Below, one piece after another: positions 34,348 through 46,600 of a DNA stretch of 64,000 nt (the stretch's first letter is position 1; each line of letters begins with the position of its first letter). The position numbers were made by a program, and so were the translations under genes. The notes under the pieces are model-generated. The model did no database searches and was not told the origin of the DNA. It saw only the letters and a program-made list of their open reading frames with translations. The stretch is taken from contig OZ025745.1 in the NCBI GenBank assembly GCA_964019335.1, positions 62,001-126,000 of the forward strand. The letters run 5' to 3'. Source of the DNA: Diplonema japonicum (lineage: Eukaryota; Protista; Euglenozoa: Diplonemea).

Positions 34348-36513
34348 ATGATACGTTCACTTGTACTGCTGGCAGTGGCCAGCTGCGTGGCTGCAGACCC
34401 TGCAGCTGCAGCGACGCAGCTCATCCAGAGGGTCGTGGGGAGCAGGGCAGCAGAGTTTACTGTGGTCATCGTACCTGCAACAGGGAACGATCGGTTCGCT
34501 GTTAAGAACGGTGAGGGGGGAAAGATCGAATTGAGCGGGAACACAGCAGGGTCTGTGGGTGCTGCGCTGAACTGGTACCTGAAGTATTTTGCGAACTGTC
34601 AGATGACATGGTCGGGTGACAACCTTCACCTTCCAACACCTTTACCGAAGGTTCCCAACGATATCGCCATCACACGTCCCTACAAGTACGGATACTACGA
34701 AAATGTGTGTACTGTCAGCTACAGCATGGCGTGGTGGGAGTGGGACAGGTGGGAGAGGGAGATTGATTGGATGGCGATGAACGGTATTAACATGCCTCTG
34801 GCATTTACCGGTCAGGAGTACGTCTGGGAAGAGACTTTCAAAGATTTCGGGCTTACCCACCAGGACCTCATGCCTTTCTTCTCCGGCCCTGCTTTCTTCG
34901 CGTGGCAACGTATGGGCAACCTTAAAGGGTGGGGTGGTCCCCTTCCTGAGGACTTCATCCAATCGAGAATGCAGCTTCAGCTTCAGATCCTTCAGCGCAT
35001 GAGGAACTTGGGGATGACGCCAGTGCTTCCTGCTTTTGCAGGACACATCCCTGAGGCCCTGACAACTAAGTATAACGTGAGCTATACCAGGTCGCCCGAC
35101 TGGGGGGGCTTCAGCAGCCAATATGGCTCCGTATTCTACTTGGACAATACCGACCCTTTGTTCGTGCAGATTGGTAAGAAGTTCATCGAGAAGCAGACAG
35201 CCGTCTACGGGACTGATCACCTGTACAATGCCGACCAGTACAACGAGATGAACCCTCCGTCTGGCGACCTTAGCTACATCAAGTCCGCATCCGCAGCGAT
35301 GCACAACTCAATGGCGGCTGCTGATCCACAGGCAGTGTGGGTCATGCAGGGCTGGCTTTTTGTCAGCTCGCCGAGCTTCTGGACTAACGACAGGATCCAG
35401 GCGTATCTTGGCAGCGTGCCCAACGACAAAATGATCATCCTTGACCTCTTCTCCGATGTCGTACCTGTCTACCCCAAGACGCAGTCCTACTTCGGGAAGC
35501 CTTTCATCTGGAACATGCTCCACAACTTTGGAGGTAACGTGGGGCTCTACGGTATGATCGAGACCATCAACACGTCGCCGCACGACGCAAGCAACACGTC
35601 TATTGTTGGTGTGGGCATCACGCCAGAGGGCACCCTCCAGAACTACATGGTGTACGACCTTATGATGGAGAACGCCTGGCGTGCGCAACCTGTAAACCTA
35701 GTCACTTGGGTGAAGCAGTACGCAACGAGGAGATATGGGGTGAACCTCCCTGGCACGAGCCAGGCGTGGCGCAACATGGCTGCCACAGTATTCAACGCCA
35801 CTGCATCGGCAGGGTGGGGTGTGACGAAGAGTGTCATCGAAGTGCGTCCTGAGCTCCAGATGGTGCACGCTGGTTTCATGCCTACAAAGCTCTTTTACAA
35901 GCCCGAGGAACTGCTTAGGGCTCTGAAAAGCTTGTTGTCCGCTTCCGACTCGCTAAGCGGCCTTGCGACCTACCAGTACGACGTCGTGGACTGGACAAGG
36001 CAGGCGCTGTCGAATCTGATGCTCGAGCTGAACGTCAATCATACTACTGCTTTCAACAACCACGACCAGAATGCGATGAAGAATTTGAGCACAAAAATGC
36101 TGAGTGTGTTAAGCGACTTCGAGACACTGCTGGCGAGCAACGAGCACTTTTTGTTAGGAAGGTGGCTGTCGGATGCCCAGCAGTGGGGCAAAGCGAAGGG
36201 GAACCCTGCATACTACGACTGGAACGCAAGGAACCAGGTGACCTTATGGGGCCCAAAAGGTGAGATCACCGACTACGCTTCGAAGCAGTGGAGTGGACTT
36301 GTGAAGGACTACTATAAACCCCGTTGGGAGCTTTACCTTAGCACCTGTGCACAAGCCTCAGCAAGCGGGTCGCCTTTCCCTGCATCCACGTACAGTACAC
36401 AGGCCAGAGCTCTTGAGGAGGCGTGGCAGCACGGTACTCAGAAGTACCCTACACAGCCCACTGGGAATCCTGTTACTATTGCTACAGGGATTGTGAACAA
36501 GTACTTCTCGTGA
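34348..36513 (+). CDS. NAGLU: Alpha-N-acetylglucosaminidase (GH89)
   Basis: Signal peptide, YYENVCTVSYSMAWWEWDRWEREIDWMAMNGIN, GPAFFAWQRMGN, YNEM, MLHNFGG, TPEG and NARNQVTLWGP. Confidence 0.95.
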   Translation: MIRSLVLLAVASCVAADPAAAATQLIQRVVGSRAAEFTVVIVPATGNDRFAVKNGEGGKIELSGNTAGSVGAALNWYLKYFANCQMTWSGDNLHLPTPLPKVPNDIAITRPYKYGYYENVCTVSYSMAWWEWDRWEREIDWMAMNGINMPLAFTGQEYVWEETFKDFGLTHQDLMPFFSGPAFFAWQRMGNLKGWGGPLPEDFIQSRMQLQLQILQRMRNLGMTPVLPAFAGHIPEALTTKYNVSYTRSPDWGGFSSQYGSVFYLDNTDPLFVQIGKKFIEKQTAVYGTDHLYNADQYNEMNPPSGDLSYIKSASAAMHNSMAAADPQAVWVMQGWLFVSSPSFWTNDRIQAYLGSVPNDKMIILDLFSDVVPVYPKTQSYFGKPFIWNMLHNFGGNVGLYGMIETINTSPHDASNTSIVGVGITPEGTLQNYMVYDLMMENAWRAQPVNLVTWVKQYATRRYGVNLPGTSQAWRNMAATVFNATASAGWGVTKSVIEVRPELQMVHAGFMPTKLFYKPEELLRALKSLLSASDSLSGLATYQYDVVDWTRQALSNLMLELNVNHTTAFNNHDQNAMKNLSTKMLSVLSDFETLLASNEHFLLGRWLSDAQQWGKAKGNPAYYDWNARNQVTLWGPKGEITDYASKQWSGLVKDYYKPRWELYLSTCAQASASGSPFPASTYSTQARALEEAWQHGTQKYPTQPTGNPVTIATGIVNKYFS

Positions 36514-37342
36514 AATTCATCTTTTTTGTGCGTAGTCAACGTTTAGAAATCTTTTTTGTGATAAGACATCCCGCGGTGATTGAATGTTATGTTTCATTTT
36601 GCAATATATGAGCTCGTCCGGAGAAAAATGTCAACACTTTTTTTTTTTTTTGGCAGCATCGAAATTTTTTTGTTTTGATTATTTGGGCTAAAAAAGGGCA
36701 GCATGCAATCATAGGAAGATGACATATACGGTGTACCTGTTGCGGCCGGTTGCCCCCGGGAAGCAAAAAATAGAGGTCCGAAAAATGGCGAAAATGTTTA
36801 AATTGCAATTTTAAAGCTTGAAATACAACACCTAGGGTGCATAAAAGTGGTGTAAACACTTAGACGGCAATTCCGAAATGGTGTCGGACTACTTTTGTAC
36901 TTAGAAGTTTTCCGAGGGTTTTCCGTTGCAAAAGAGGGTCATTTGTTGACATTTTTTTCCGGACAGACTCATATCTTAAGAAATGAAGATATTTCACTGT
37001 GGGTTCCTCACACAGTACCCGTGAAAACCCACTAGGGTGCTCAAAGGGTATTGAGGCCAATGATGTTCAATAAGAAAATCGCGCAACATAACGATCCTGG
37101 GTCATGCAGAAGCAATTAAAATGCCTTGTACAAAAAATATAGTTTTTTCATCGTCCTTAGTGGTAAAGATTTTCTTCTTAATTGACTTTTTTTTTTCCTT
37201 TTCTTCCTTTTTTTTTTTTTTTTTTTAAAGAACGTCGAGTGTTTTCCCTTTTCGAGTTTCAGTTTTGGGAGAGGACTTTGGGATATTGGATGCCTTTTAT
37301 TTTTTTTGTTCCCTCCGCAGCCATGATAGGTCATTAGAAGAG

Positions 37343-38476
37343 ATGTTTAGAGCAACGTTGAAAGTGCTAGCGAAGCCTCGTTGTGGGATTGTGGGGCTGC
37401 CGAATGTGGGGAAGTCGACTATGTTCAACGCTCTGACGAAGAGCCACGGCGAGACGGGGAATCAACCTTTCGTGACGATCGACCCAAACATGGGGCAGGC
37501 GATTGTAGTGGACTCTAGACTGGACAGACTCTTGACGGTTGAAGAACACAAACGCGCGAAAAAAATCCCCAGCTACGTGGACGTGTGGGACATTGCGGGC
37601 CTTGTGAAGGGCGCAGGCGAAGGTGAGGGTCTTGGGAACAAGTTCCTGTCGCACATCCGTGAGTGCAACGCCCTGCTGCACATGGTGCGGTGCTACGACG
37701 ACGACAGCATCATTCACATGGAAGGGAAGGTTGATCCTCTCTCCGATATCAACATCATTAACAATGAACTTGCCGTTGCCGATCTGCAGAGCATCACCAA
37801 GCAAGGTACGAAGCTTAAACCAGGCAAAGACCCGAAGCTGGCCGTCATGCGCACCGAGGTACTAGAGAAATGCGAGTCAGTACTCCTTAGTGAGAAGAGC
37901 TTGTTTATGGAGCGCGCGCAGTTTACTCAGGAAGAGTGGGAGTTCGTGTCGACATGCAACTTTCTCACTGCAAAGGAAATGATCTTTGTTTGCAATATTG
38001 ATGAAGATGCGGCAGCGTCAGGTGGTGAGAACAAGCACTCCAAAAGGGTTCGGGAAGCGTACGGCAAAGAGAACACGGTGTGCACCATCAGTGCTTCCAT
38101 TGAGCAAGAGGCGGCGCACATGACCCCTGAAGATGGGCTTGAGCTGCTCAACGAGTTCGGGATCACCCGGAACCAGGCTGAGGCAGTCACGCTCGCCATT
38201 TTGGAAGCGCTCAAACTCAAGATCTTCTTCACCGCAGGGCCTCTTGAGGTACGGTCCTGGCTCTGCAACGCCAGCGACAACGTGCGACAGGCATCTGGCA
38301 CTATCCACTCCGAGTTTCCTGAAAGATGCACAAAGGTTGACCTCACCCCCTTAGAGAAGTACATAGCCTCCAATGGCTCATGTGAGCACACCAAAACAAT
38401 CCAGCCACAACACGTCGCGGACGACGGTGACGTGCTCTACTTCCACATTGACCAGACTATTAAACTGAAGAAGTAG
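37343..38476 (+). CDS. ychF: YchF/OLA1 family ATPase, probably mitochondrial
   Basis: [51 protein letters not shown] and FFTAGP. Short [10 protein letters not shown] presequence-like start. Confidence 0.9.
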   Translation: MFRATLKVLAKPRCGIVGLPNVGKSTMFNALTKSHGETGNQPFVTIDPNMGQAIVVDSRLDRLLTVEEHKRAKKIPSYVDVWDIAGLVKGAGEGEGLGNKFLSHIRECNALLHMVRCYDDDSIIHMEGKVDPLSDINIINNELAVADLQSITKQGTKLKPGKDPKLAVMRTEVLEKCESVLLSEKSLFMERAQFTQEEWEFVSTCNFLTAKEMIFVCNIDEDAAASGGENKHSKRVREAYGKENTVCTISASIEQEAAHMTPEDGLELLNEFGITRNQAEAVTLAILEALKLKIFFTAGPLEVRSWLCNASDNVRQASGTIHSEFPERCTKVDLTPLEKYIASNGSCEHTKTIQPQHVADDGDVLYFHIDQTIKLKK

Positions 38477-38653
38477 ACGACGACGGCTCGCTCAACGTGC
38501 GCGAGTGTTTTCTGCATCGGACGAAAACTAACTTCAATGCGTTGTTATTTTTAAAAAGAAAAAAAAAAAACGCTTTCATTTTTTTTTTTTTTACTTCTAT
38601 TTCTAACATCTCACATTTTTCTACTATCGCAAGATACACGGGTTTGTAGCAAC

Positions 38654-39274
38654 ATGGAAAGCAAGCTCGTTGTGATTGGTGCTGGTGGGGTCGGCAAGTC
38701 AGCCGTCACTGTGAAGTACGTGCAGGGCAACTTCGTGACGGACTACGACCCCTCGATTTATAACAAATACAGGAAACAGGACACAGTAGATGGAAAGGTG
38801 GCGATTGTAGAGATAGTGGACACAGCAGGGCAGGAGGAGTACAGAGCGATGCGGGCACCATTTTACGTGAAGGGCGAGGGGTTTGTGGTGATATACAGTG
38901 TGACGGACAGAGGAAGCTTTGCTGAAGTAGAACGGTTGAGGGATGAGGTGCTGGATGAGCGCGGGGGGGACTTCGTGCCGATGGTTCTTGTAGGCAACAA
39001 GTGCGACCTGACCTCACAACGCAAAGTGACGAGGGCAGAAGGTGAGGCACTGGCCAGGTGCTGGTTCGGGGAAAACAAACCTGTCCCCTTCATCGAGACC
39101 TCTGCCAAGGACGCTACCAACATTAGTGGGTGCTTCCACGAAGTCGTCCGCCAGCTACGTAGACAGCGGGCTGGTGAATTATTGTTCCAAACCCCAACGC
39201 TAACGCCACCCCAACCGCCTATCGAATCTGTCATTCACGAAGCGCCCCGCAAGCGTGTCTGTGTGATGCTGTGA
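38654..39274 (+). CDS. Ras-family small GTPase (Ras/Rap-like) with CAAX CVML
   Basis: GAGGVGKS, DTAGQEEY, GNKCD, ETSAK and C-terminal CVML. Confidence 0.95.
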   Translation: MESKLVVIGAGGVGKSAVTVKYVQGNFVTDYDPSIYNKYRKQDTVDGKVAIVEIVDTAGQEEYRAMRAPFYVKGEGFVVIYSVTDRGSFAEVERLRDEVLDERGGDFVPMVLVGNKCDLTSQRKVTRAEGEALARCWFGENKPVPFIETSAKDATNISGCFHEVVRQLRRQRAGELLFQTPTLTPPQPPIESVIHEAPRKRVCVML

Positions 39275-39399
39275 TCCAAGATATACACAAGTGAGGAAAC
39301 TGATCTCTTACACTCACGGATGCCATTGTTAGCTGTAAGGTACCCAACTTCACAGTCAACTTTCTGTCTTCTGAAGTTTTGCCAGCAAAGTGATTGCAG

Positions 39400-40390
39400 G
39401 TAGGAAACACCTCACCTCACCTAACAAGTATCAACTTCCCGGTTTTTTCACGTATTTCCCCCACTCGCTATTTCCTGACAGTCACGCTACATGTCAGATC
39501 GGGGGAATCTTTTTTCCCTTGCCTATTTCCTTCGATACTGTTTCTTTCTTTTCTTCATTGTTTACCTTGTAGTAAATAACAAAAAGGTTCACAGTCATGA
39601 GTATCCAGGCAACTTGGTGAGCGTCTCGAGACACTTCTAACCCACCTAGTGGGCGCCTTTGCAAGTCGAAGAAGAAGTAGAATTAAAAACCGGAAAAAGA
39701 AAAACAAAACAAAAAGGGTATGGGGACAAAGAACGAAAAGAAAAGAACATGAATGGAAAGAGTTCTGATGAAGGGATGAACCGTGTGACAGTGTTCGTGA
39801 AGATGGGAGACGGGGTTCACGATGTGGACGTGTCGGAGAAAGAGACGGTGAGAAAAGTTCGGATGGAGGAGCTTGAGGGGCTTGTGGCAGCAGACCCTGA
39901 GCTGGTTCTGGTGGTGGAGCTGAGGGACTCGCCAGCTGCATGACCAGTCTTCGGTTCCCTTGTCACCGACTTGGTTCTGCGTTCTTATTGTAACAAGCCA
40001 GCTTCCACCATCAGCTTGAATGCGATGACCATTCTATTCCATTCTTCCTTCATTGTATGTCCTTTTTTCACTTTATCCTATTTTCACCTAAAAAGGTGTA
40101 CTTTGAACTTTCGAGAGGTGGCTTCATCGCTGATGAGTCCCTAGGCCTTTACAAAGCCTCTTGTTAGTTCCGCGGTCCGGTGGGAAGGGACGAAACCGCA
40201 TTGCAACGCATAATAGCTGGCAAACGTCAAGTCAATGGCTTCGTGTATTGGCGCTCGAGTTTACAAATTTGTTGACGAGCTTCACCAACGTCACCACCGT
40301 CGGATCTGATTTCCTGTCAGAATATGTTCGGGATTGCAGCACTAAGATTCCTTCGCTTCAGCACGCCCAGACAACCCTATCATGGTGAAA
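39400..40390 (+). pseudogene. Degenerate coding fragments (BspA-like LRR pieces and a ubiquitin-like N-terminal piece)
   Basis: Short broken frames HLTSINFP, VTVFVKMGDGVHDVDVSEKETV and FTNVTTVGSDFLS. 39761-39836 is similar to 49472-49562. Confidence 0.35.
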
Positions 40391-40659
40391 ATGCGAAAGC
40401 ATGTTATGTTCCTTGAAGAGACCGGAGCCTAATCGCAAGTACAACAAAACTGACAAACCTCCCGACTAGCCGTATACTCATCTTCTTGAACGAAAGTTTT
40501 TCTGATATATTTCTTCGCACTGGTTGGCTACAACCATTGCTTTCTTCTTCGTTTTTAATCTCATTCCAGGTTTATAACCCAACAAAATCACATTGTGAAC
40601 AAAAAAAAAAAAAAGAAAAGAAAAGGAACCCTCATTCCGTGTGAGGCCAAGAAAGAACA

Positions 40660-43600
40660 ATGAGGAGCTTGCCGACGGTACTGCTGACGTTTGGAGCGGT
40701 TGCGCTCTTTGTAGGGGCGCAGGACACAGCGCCCTCGACAACGTCGACCTCTGAGCCGCTGACAGTGACGTCGCTGGCCACGTCGCTGGCAGACACGGTA
40801 GACGCCTTCAGGGGCGCCGTGGTGGACACCCTTGCGGACAAGGCGGAGGAGGTGCTGGAAGCCCTCGGGGTGCAGGAGGCGATAGAAGCGGTGACGGGGG
40901 CCCTTGACCAGCTGAACACTCTGAAGGACAAGGCGGTGGAGGCGGCGGACGGGCTGATGGAGTTCTTCGAAGACACCACGACAGTCGAAACCTTCCTGGC
41001 CGACATCCCCGACCTCGCGAACAGCCTGAAGCCCTACATCCGCACCTTCTCCGGGCAGTGCAACTCGTCGACCGCCTCGGCGAACAGGGCGGCGATGCTC
41101 CTCGAGGCGCAGCAGAACCACCAGAAGCGGAGGATGGTGAAGCCCCTGGAGGACTGCTGTGCGATCGGGTATCTCTGCGCCTCGAAAGCAAACGCGAACT
41201 TCGGGTGCCCGCTCCTCACGGTGACGATCGGCTTCGGTGTCGCGTACGAGGGGCTGAGGGTGGGGAACTTCGTGTTCACTCCCTCTGTTGGGCTCGGGTG
41301 GAGCATCGGGTTGGAGGCTGTCCCAGGTGGAAGGGCAAAGCTCTTTACCGGTCTGGGTCTTGGATGGGGTGCTGGCATTAACTACGAGAAGCAGACCGCA
41401 TCTACTCCAGTTCCTACACCTGTTCCCACACCTGTTCCTACTCCAATTCCCACACCTGCCCCTGTCCCCACTCCAGTTCCCACACCTGTTCCTACTCCTA
41501 TCCCCACACCTGTTCCTACTCCTGTCCCCACTCCAGTTCCCACACCTGTTCCTACTCCTGTCCCCACTCCAGTTCCCACACCTGTTCCTACTCCTGTCCC
41601 CACACCTGCCCCTACTCCTGTTCCCACTCCTGAGCCCGATACCGAACTTTCTGTTTTGACCCCTCGAGCGGTTGAGACTGACGGTTGCACCAGCGACAAC
41701 GACTGCGGGCTAGATGAGGAGTGCGAGAACGGGGTGTGTGTGAGGGAAACCTCCGTTGGGCACAGGGGGAATGTTCTGTCTGTGGAGGGGAAGAGGAACG
41801 GGAAGGTACTCGCGTTTCGGGGGAGGACCAAGAAGCGGGCACGCGCAGGTGAGAAGACGAACGAGAAGGGCTTCTTCGCCAACACGTTGTTCGAGGTGTC
41901 GCTGTCGGTGGAGTGGTTCGCTAGCGCAGGAGCCTTCAGCGGGTTCGCCTTCGAGGTCGGGATCGACATGCCTGCCATCATCTCGTCGACGGTGGGGATC
42001 GACGGGATCACAATCGTGTTCACACACCCACACTGGAGGTGCGTCGAGGTGATATCAGCGAGCACCTGGTGGGAGAACGTGCTGTTCGGAGGGTTCGGGG
42101 TGAGCTTGAAGTCGTGGGGAAAGCACATCTTCAAGAAGAAGAACAGGGACGCGATCAGAGAGATGGACTTCGCGCTAGACGGACTTGCAGGGAATATCAG
42201 AGACGCAATCAAGGAGCTCCCGAGCTCCTGGTTGAGCCAGAAGAGAAGCTCTATCACGGATGCCGAAGGGAACAAGTGGACTGGAATCGGGTTCAGCTTG
42301 GGGATGGCAGTGACGCTGGAGGACACGAACGAAGGAGCGAGTGTGGCTTACGACCCTGCTGCGTGCCCGATGGACTCCACTGCGAGCGCGGATATGAAGG
42401 CACGCACGTACACGACAACCAGCAGCATGAACACCACAACCACAAAGCATAGCACGAGAGGGCTCTTGGACGCCTCGTCGGACCTCGGAGACTTCTTGGA
42501 GCTCATCAAACCGATTGTGCAGAAGGGGGAGGTGACGATGCCCTTCTGCCTCGGAAACTGCGCTGCCCCAACGCCAACGACGACAGTGTCCGGAACGGGT
42601 CGCATCGGGCAGGCCCCCGCATGCGACGGGGTGGAGGCGAGCGTCTGGGTGGACGAGCTGACGGTGGCGAATGTGGCTTACTTGGTGACAAGCAACTTCG
42701 ACGAAGGGGTGGCGCAGGTGCTGGACACGGCCCTGTCGCCCATACTGTCGTTCGGGATCCAGGACACGAAGCTTGCGCTGTCGATGACGACTTCGGGAGT
42801 GAAGCTGTACGCGATAGGGTCTCCGAAGCTCCCGGACGTCTTGGAGGGGGACTTCCTGGAGGTGGTGGCGGACGTGGTGGACAACTTTCGGGTGTCGGCA
42901 AGCGCGGAGCTACAGTTCTCCGGGTCGGCTTTGCTGGAGCTGCGGATCGGGACGGACCCCGACACTTCGGAGAGCAATTTCGCGGTGGTGAACGTGGAAG
43001 GAACCCTCGGGATGAGCATCTACGTGCAGTACGAATATGTGTTCTCGGGGGGCCTCCCATTGACGAAGCTCGGGGTGAATATCCCTCTGAAGATCTGCGT
43101 GGAGCGGTGCGATGGAACCTACGCGGATCGGTACTTCCTGTTCTTGATCGGGGACCTGTCGCTGGTGGTGAGCCCGACGGCGCAGTTGGTACGTGGGTCG
43201 CTGAAGTTGGACGGGTGGTGGAACAATGCCCTAGGGCTTCCCTTCCTGCAGATTGGGGACATCATTCTCGGGGTGGAGTGGGATTTGAAGTCCCCGCTCC
43301 CGTCTGGGTTTGTGCTGGGCGGGGCGGTGTGCCTCGGGAAGGAGCAAAACTGCGAGACACGGACGCAGCCCTACATCGAGGGGCGAACCTACGTTGGGGT
43401 AAGCAGCACGGTTCCCGAGGACAACTTCTTCATTGCGATGGTGTCCGAGCTCACGATCGGCGGGATCATCGGTGTTTTGTCAGACTTTGTGCCCGGGCTG
43501 GATGGGTTGGCGATCCCCGGGAAGCTTGCGGAGTCTGGTATCTACCCCTTCGACAGGGACTACAAGACGAAGTGCGCAGGGTTGCTGGGGGGCTACGCGA

Positions 43601-46600
43601 GCGAGACGACTCTAGACCTGGAGTGCTTCGCCTTCTTCTCATTCAGCCCGATCAAAGAACAGAGGCTGACCTTCCGGAGCGGCGACGTGGTGATCCCGGC
43701 AGGTGTCGCCCTGCAGGGGCGCCTGAACTTCCTCGGCTGGGAGATCGCGATTGACCTCGCGGTGAGCAAGACGCGCTTCTACATCGACGCCTGGATGGAC
43801 CCCGTGGACTTGAGGATCGGGGCCTTCCAGCTCCGTATCGGGAACCGCCTGGAGAACAAGGTGGCGGTGGGCGGGGCGAAGTTCCTGGTGGACCTGCGGG
43901 TGGCACCGTCCCCGAGCGCTCTGATCGACATCGGGGGAGCCTTCGACATCCCGATGCTGAAGTCATACGGCTACCTGAACGTGACCCTGAACGCGGACAT
44001 CTTCTCCTTTCGGGCAGGGATTAGCCTCTTCGACGGGGCACTGTCCTCGCACGTGAGCGTGACCTGGAACTGGGACCTCACCTACTTCAGGATGGAGCTG
44101 CGGGACATGAACTTTTTAGAGATCGTGAAGATCCGGCAGGTGCTCTTCATGTACGACACGAACCGCCCGATCCCGTACGCCATCTTCTCCTGCGACATCC
44201 AGGTCCTGTTCATCAACTTGCGGGCGAGGGTGGAGGTGAATGGGAACGTGATCGACTTCGCAGTGACGCTGGATTTGGCGCTGGTGGAGACAACGGTGAG
44301 CGGGCGGGCGGTGGTGGCCTCAAGCTTCGAGGACTCGGAGTTCGACATCGCGGTGTCGGTGTCTCTGGGTGACCTCGGGCAGAAGATCGTGGACGGGATC
44401 AACGTGGCGGTGAAGGCTGTGGCAAAGGCAGTGACGGAGGCGTGGAACTACGTGTCGGAGAAGGTGACGCAGCTGTGGAACAACATTGTGAACATCTTCG
44501 AGACGACGCTGAACTATATCAAAGAGAAGGTGACAGAGTTCCTGAACAACGTTGCGGAAGTGATCCGGAACGTGGTGGAGGTGCTGAAGAAAGTTCCAAT
44601 CCTGGGGGACCTCATACGGGCAGCGGAGAGGCTCTTCCAAGGAGACTTCGAGGGGGCGGCGAAGGCATTCGGGAGCGCGATCGGGATCTTCTACACGGAG
44701 GGGCAAACTGTGGTGGACGCGGGAGGCAGGAATGAGTACGGGTGCAAGTACGTGCAGGAAAGATGGGTGGAGTGCTGGTGCCACCTGTTCTGCTTCTTTG
44801 GGAGGACCTGCCACACGAAGTACGGGCCGAGGTACGCGGACCCGCAGTGCATGGAGGAGGTGGCACTCGCTGCGGGGGAGGTGAAGACAAAGTCGGATGA
44901 GATGTCGCAAAAGACGAAGGTTGTAGACGGGTCGAAGGGTGAGAACCCTGGGCTGCAGAACGTCGACTCGGGGATGGAGGTCCCGATGCCCTCTCTGGAG
45001 ACGACGACGGTGATGGTGCCGTTCGGGACAGACGCATCGGCGGCCTCGGGGTCGGGCTTCAGGGGCGGGGTGCGCACCTACGGAGGAAAGGGAACCGGGG
45101 GTGGGCTGTCCAGCTCGGAGGAGATGGTGACGCTGGACGACGTGCCGTACGACTTCAGCAGCCAGGCGAGCTACGACGCGAGCGTGGAAAACACGCAGAA
45201 CAGGATGGCGTCGAAGATGGCGGACAAGGCGCTGGAGAACCAAGCCCTCCTCACGAACGACATCAGCACGGAGGCGGGGAAGGTGGTGCGGAGGCGCCCG
45301 GTCCTCGGAGGAGCCACCTCGTACACCTTCCGCTGCGACCAGGAAATCAACCTGGAGAGCCTGAAGCCGCTCCCCTGGTTCATTGACCCCTCGTGCACGG
45401 CAGGGGCGCAGGTGAAGCTTTTGAACCAGCGCATCCTCCCCGTGGCAGGCTTCCCGAACAGGATGTGCGGGTCCTCCTTCATGGAGGTGACGTGGCGGCT
45501 CCATGACAACCCGGTGTGCGGCGGGATCTCGGACACAGTAGCACAGATTGTGACTTTGGAACCGGCCCCGCCAGCTTTTGTATCCTCCTCCTTCCCCGCC
45601 GACGTCCGCGTGAATACGGAGCAGACGACAGACCCGATGGATCTCGGGGTGGCGGAGGGGGTCTCCCCTTGCAGACAGGAATTCGACATTTTATACGTGG
45701 ACAGCGACCCGGTCCCTGTGGCGGGGTCGAACGGGAAGGAGTGGACCGTCAGTCGTGTGTGGTCCATCGTCCCCTTTTTCAAGAAGTCGGTGTGCAGCGG
45801 GGCCAGAGCATCTGGCAGCAACAGAACGCAGACCATCACTGTCGTGGATGAGACGACCCCTGCCCCTCCAACTCAGCAGCCCACCACTGAAACCCCTGAA
45901 TCCGCTGCCCCTATGGTCAACAACGACGACAGCAGGCTCATCGCCTCCGTCGCGAACTGGCTGGCGTGTCCAACAGAAGTGCAGATGGAGACCTACACAC
46001 ACGTCGTCGTGTCCTTTGCGGTGACATACACTTGGGGTCCAACAAAGAACCAGTGCAACGAGCAGTGCGACATCCTGACACCCGTTGCGGTGTGCGGGAA
46101 TGCCCCACAGGCGGAGCTCGTGGCGAAGTGGAAAGCTGCCGGGAAGAAGGTGATCCTCTCCTTCGGCGGGGCAGGAATGGGGGGCTCGTGGGATGGGTTA
46201 AACAACTGCTGGGAGCACTGTTTCGGGAAGGAGGAACACCTAACGCAGCAGCTGGCGGACATAGCGAGAACGCAGGGCTTCGACGGGATTGACATGGACT
46301 ACCTATACTACTACGAGGACGGGCAGCGTGGCTCGTCGTTCGCGAAGGGGGGACAGGCACAAACCTTCCTGAAGGAGACGACCCTGAAGCTGAGGGAGAA
46401 GCTCCCCGCAGGAAGCCTCGTGACCCACTCCTCCGCGGACAGCGACCTCGTGCACGGCACAGGCTACTTTGAGGTGATGCGAGGGGTGGCCGACTCTGTG
46501 GACTTTATCATGCCGCAGTACTACAACGGAGTGACGCGCCCCAACACGGACGGGATCAACGGCGGTGTCTTCACTTCTGCCCTGGCGCACCTTAGGACCC

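Noticed and set aside
36600-37120. Possible DNA transposon/MITE between NAGLU and YchF (similar texture at 52100-52560)
   Set aside because: Composition is odd, but I could not identify terminal inverted repeats, target duplications or a transposase.
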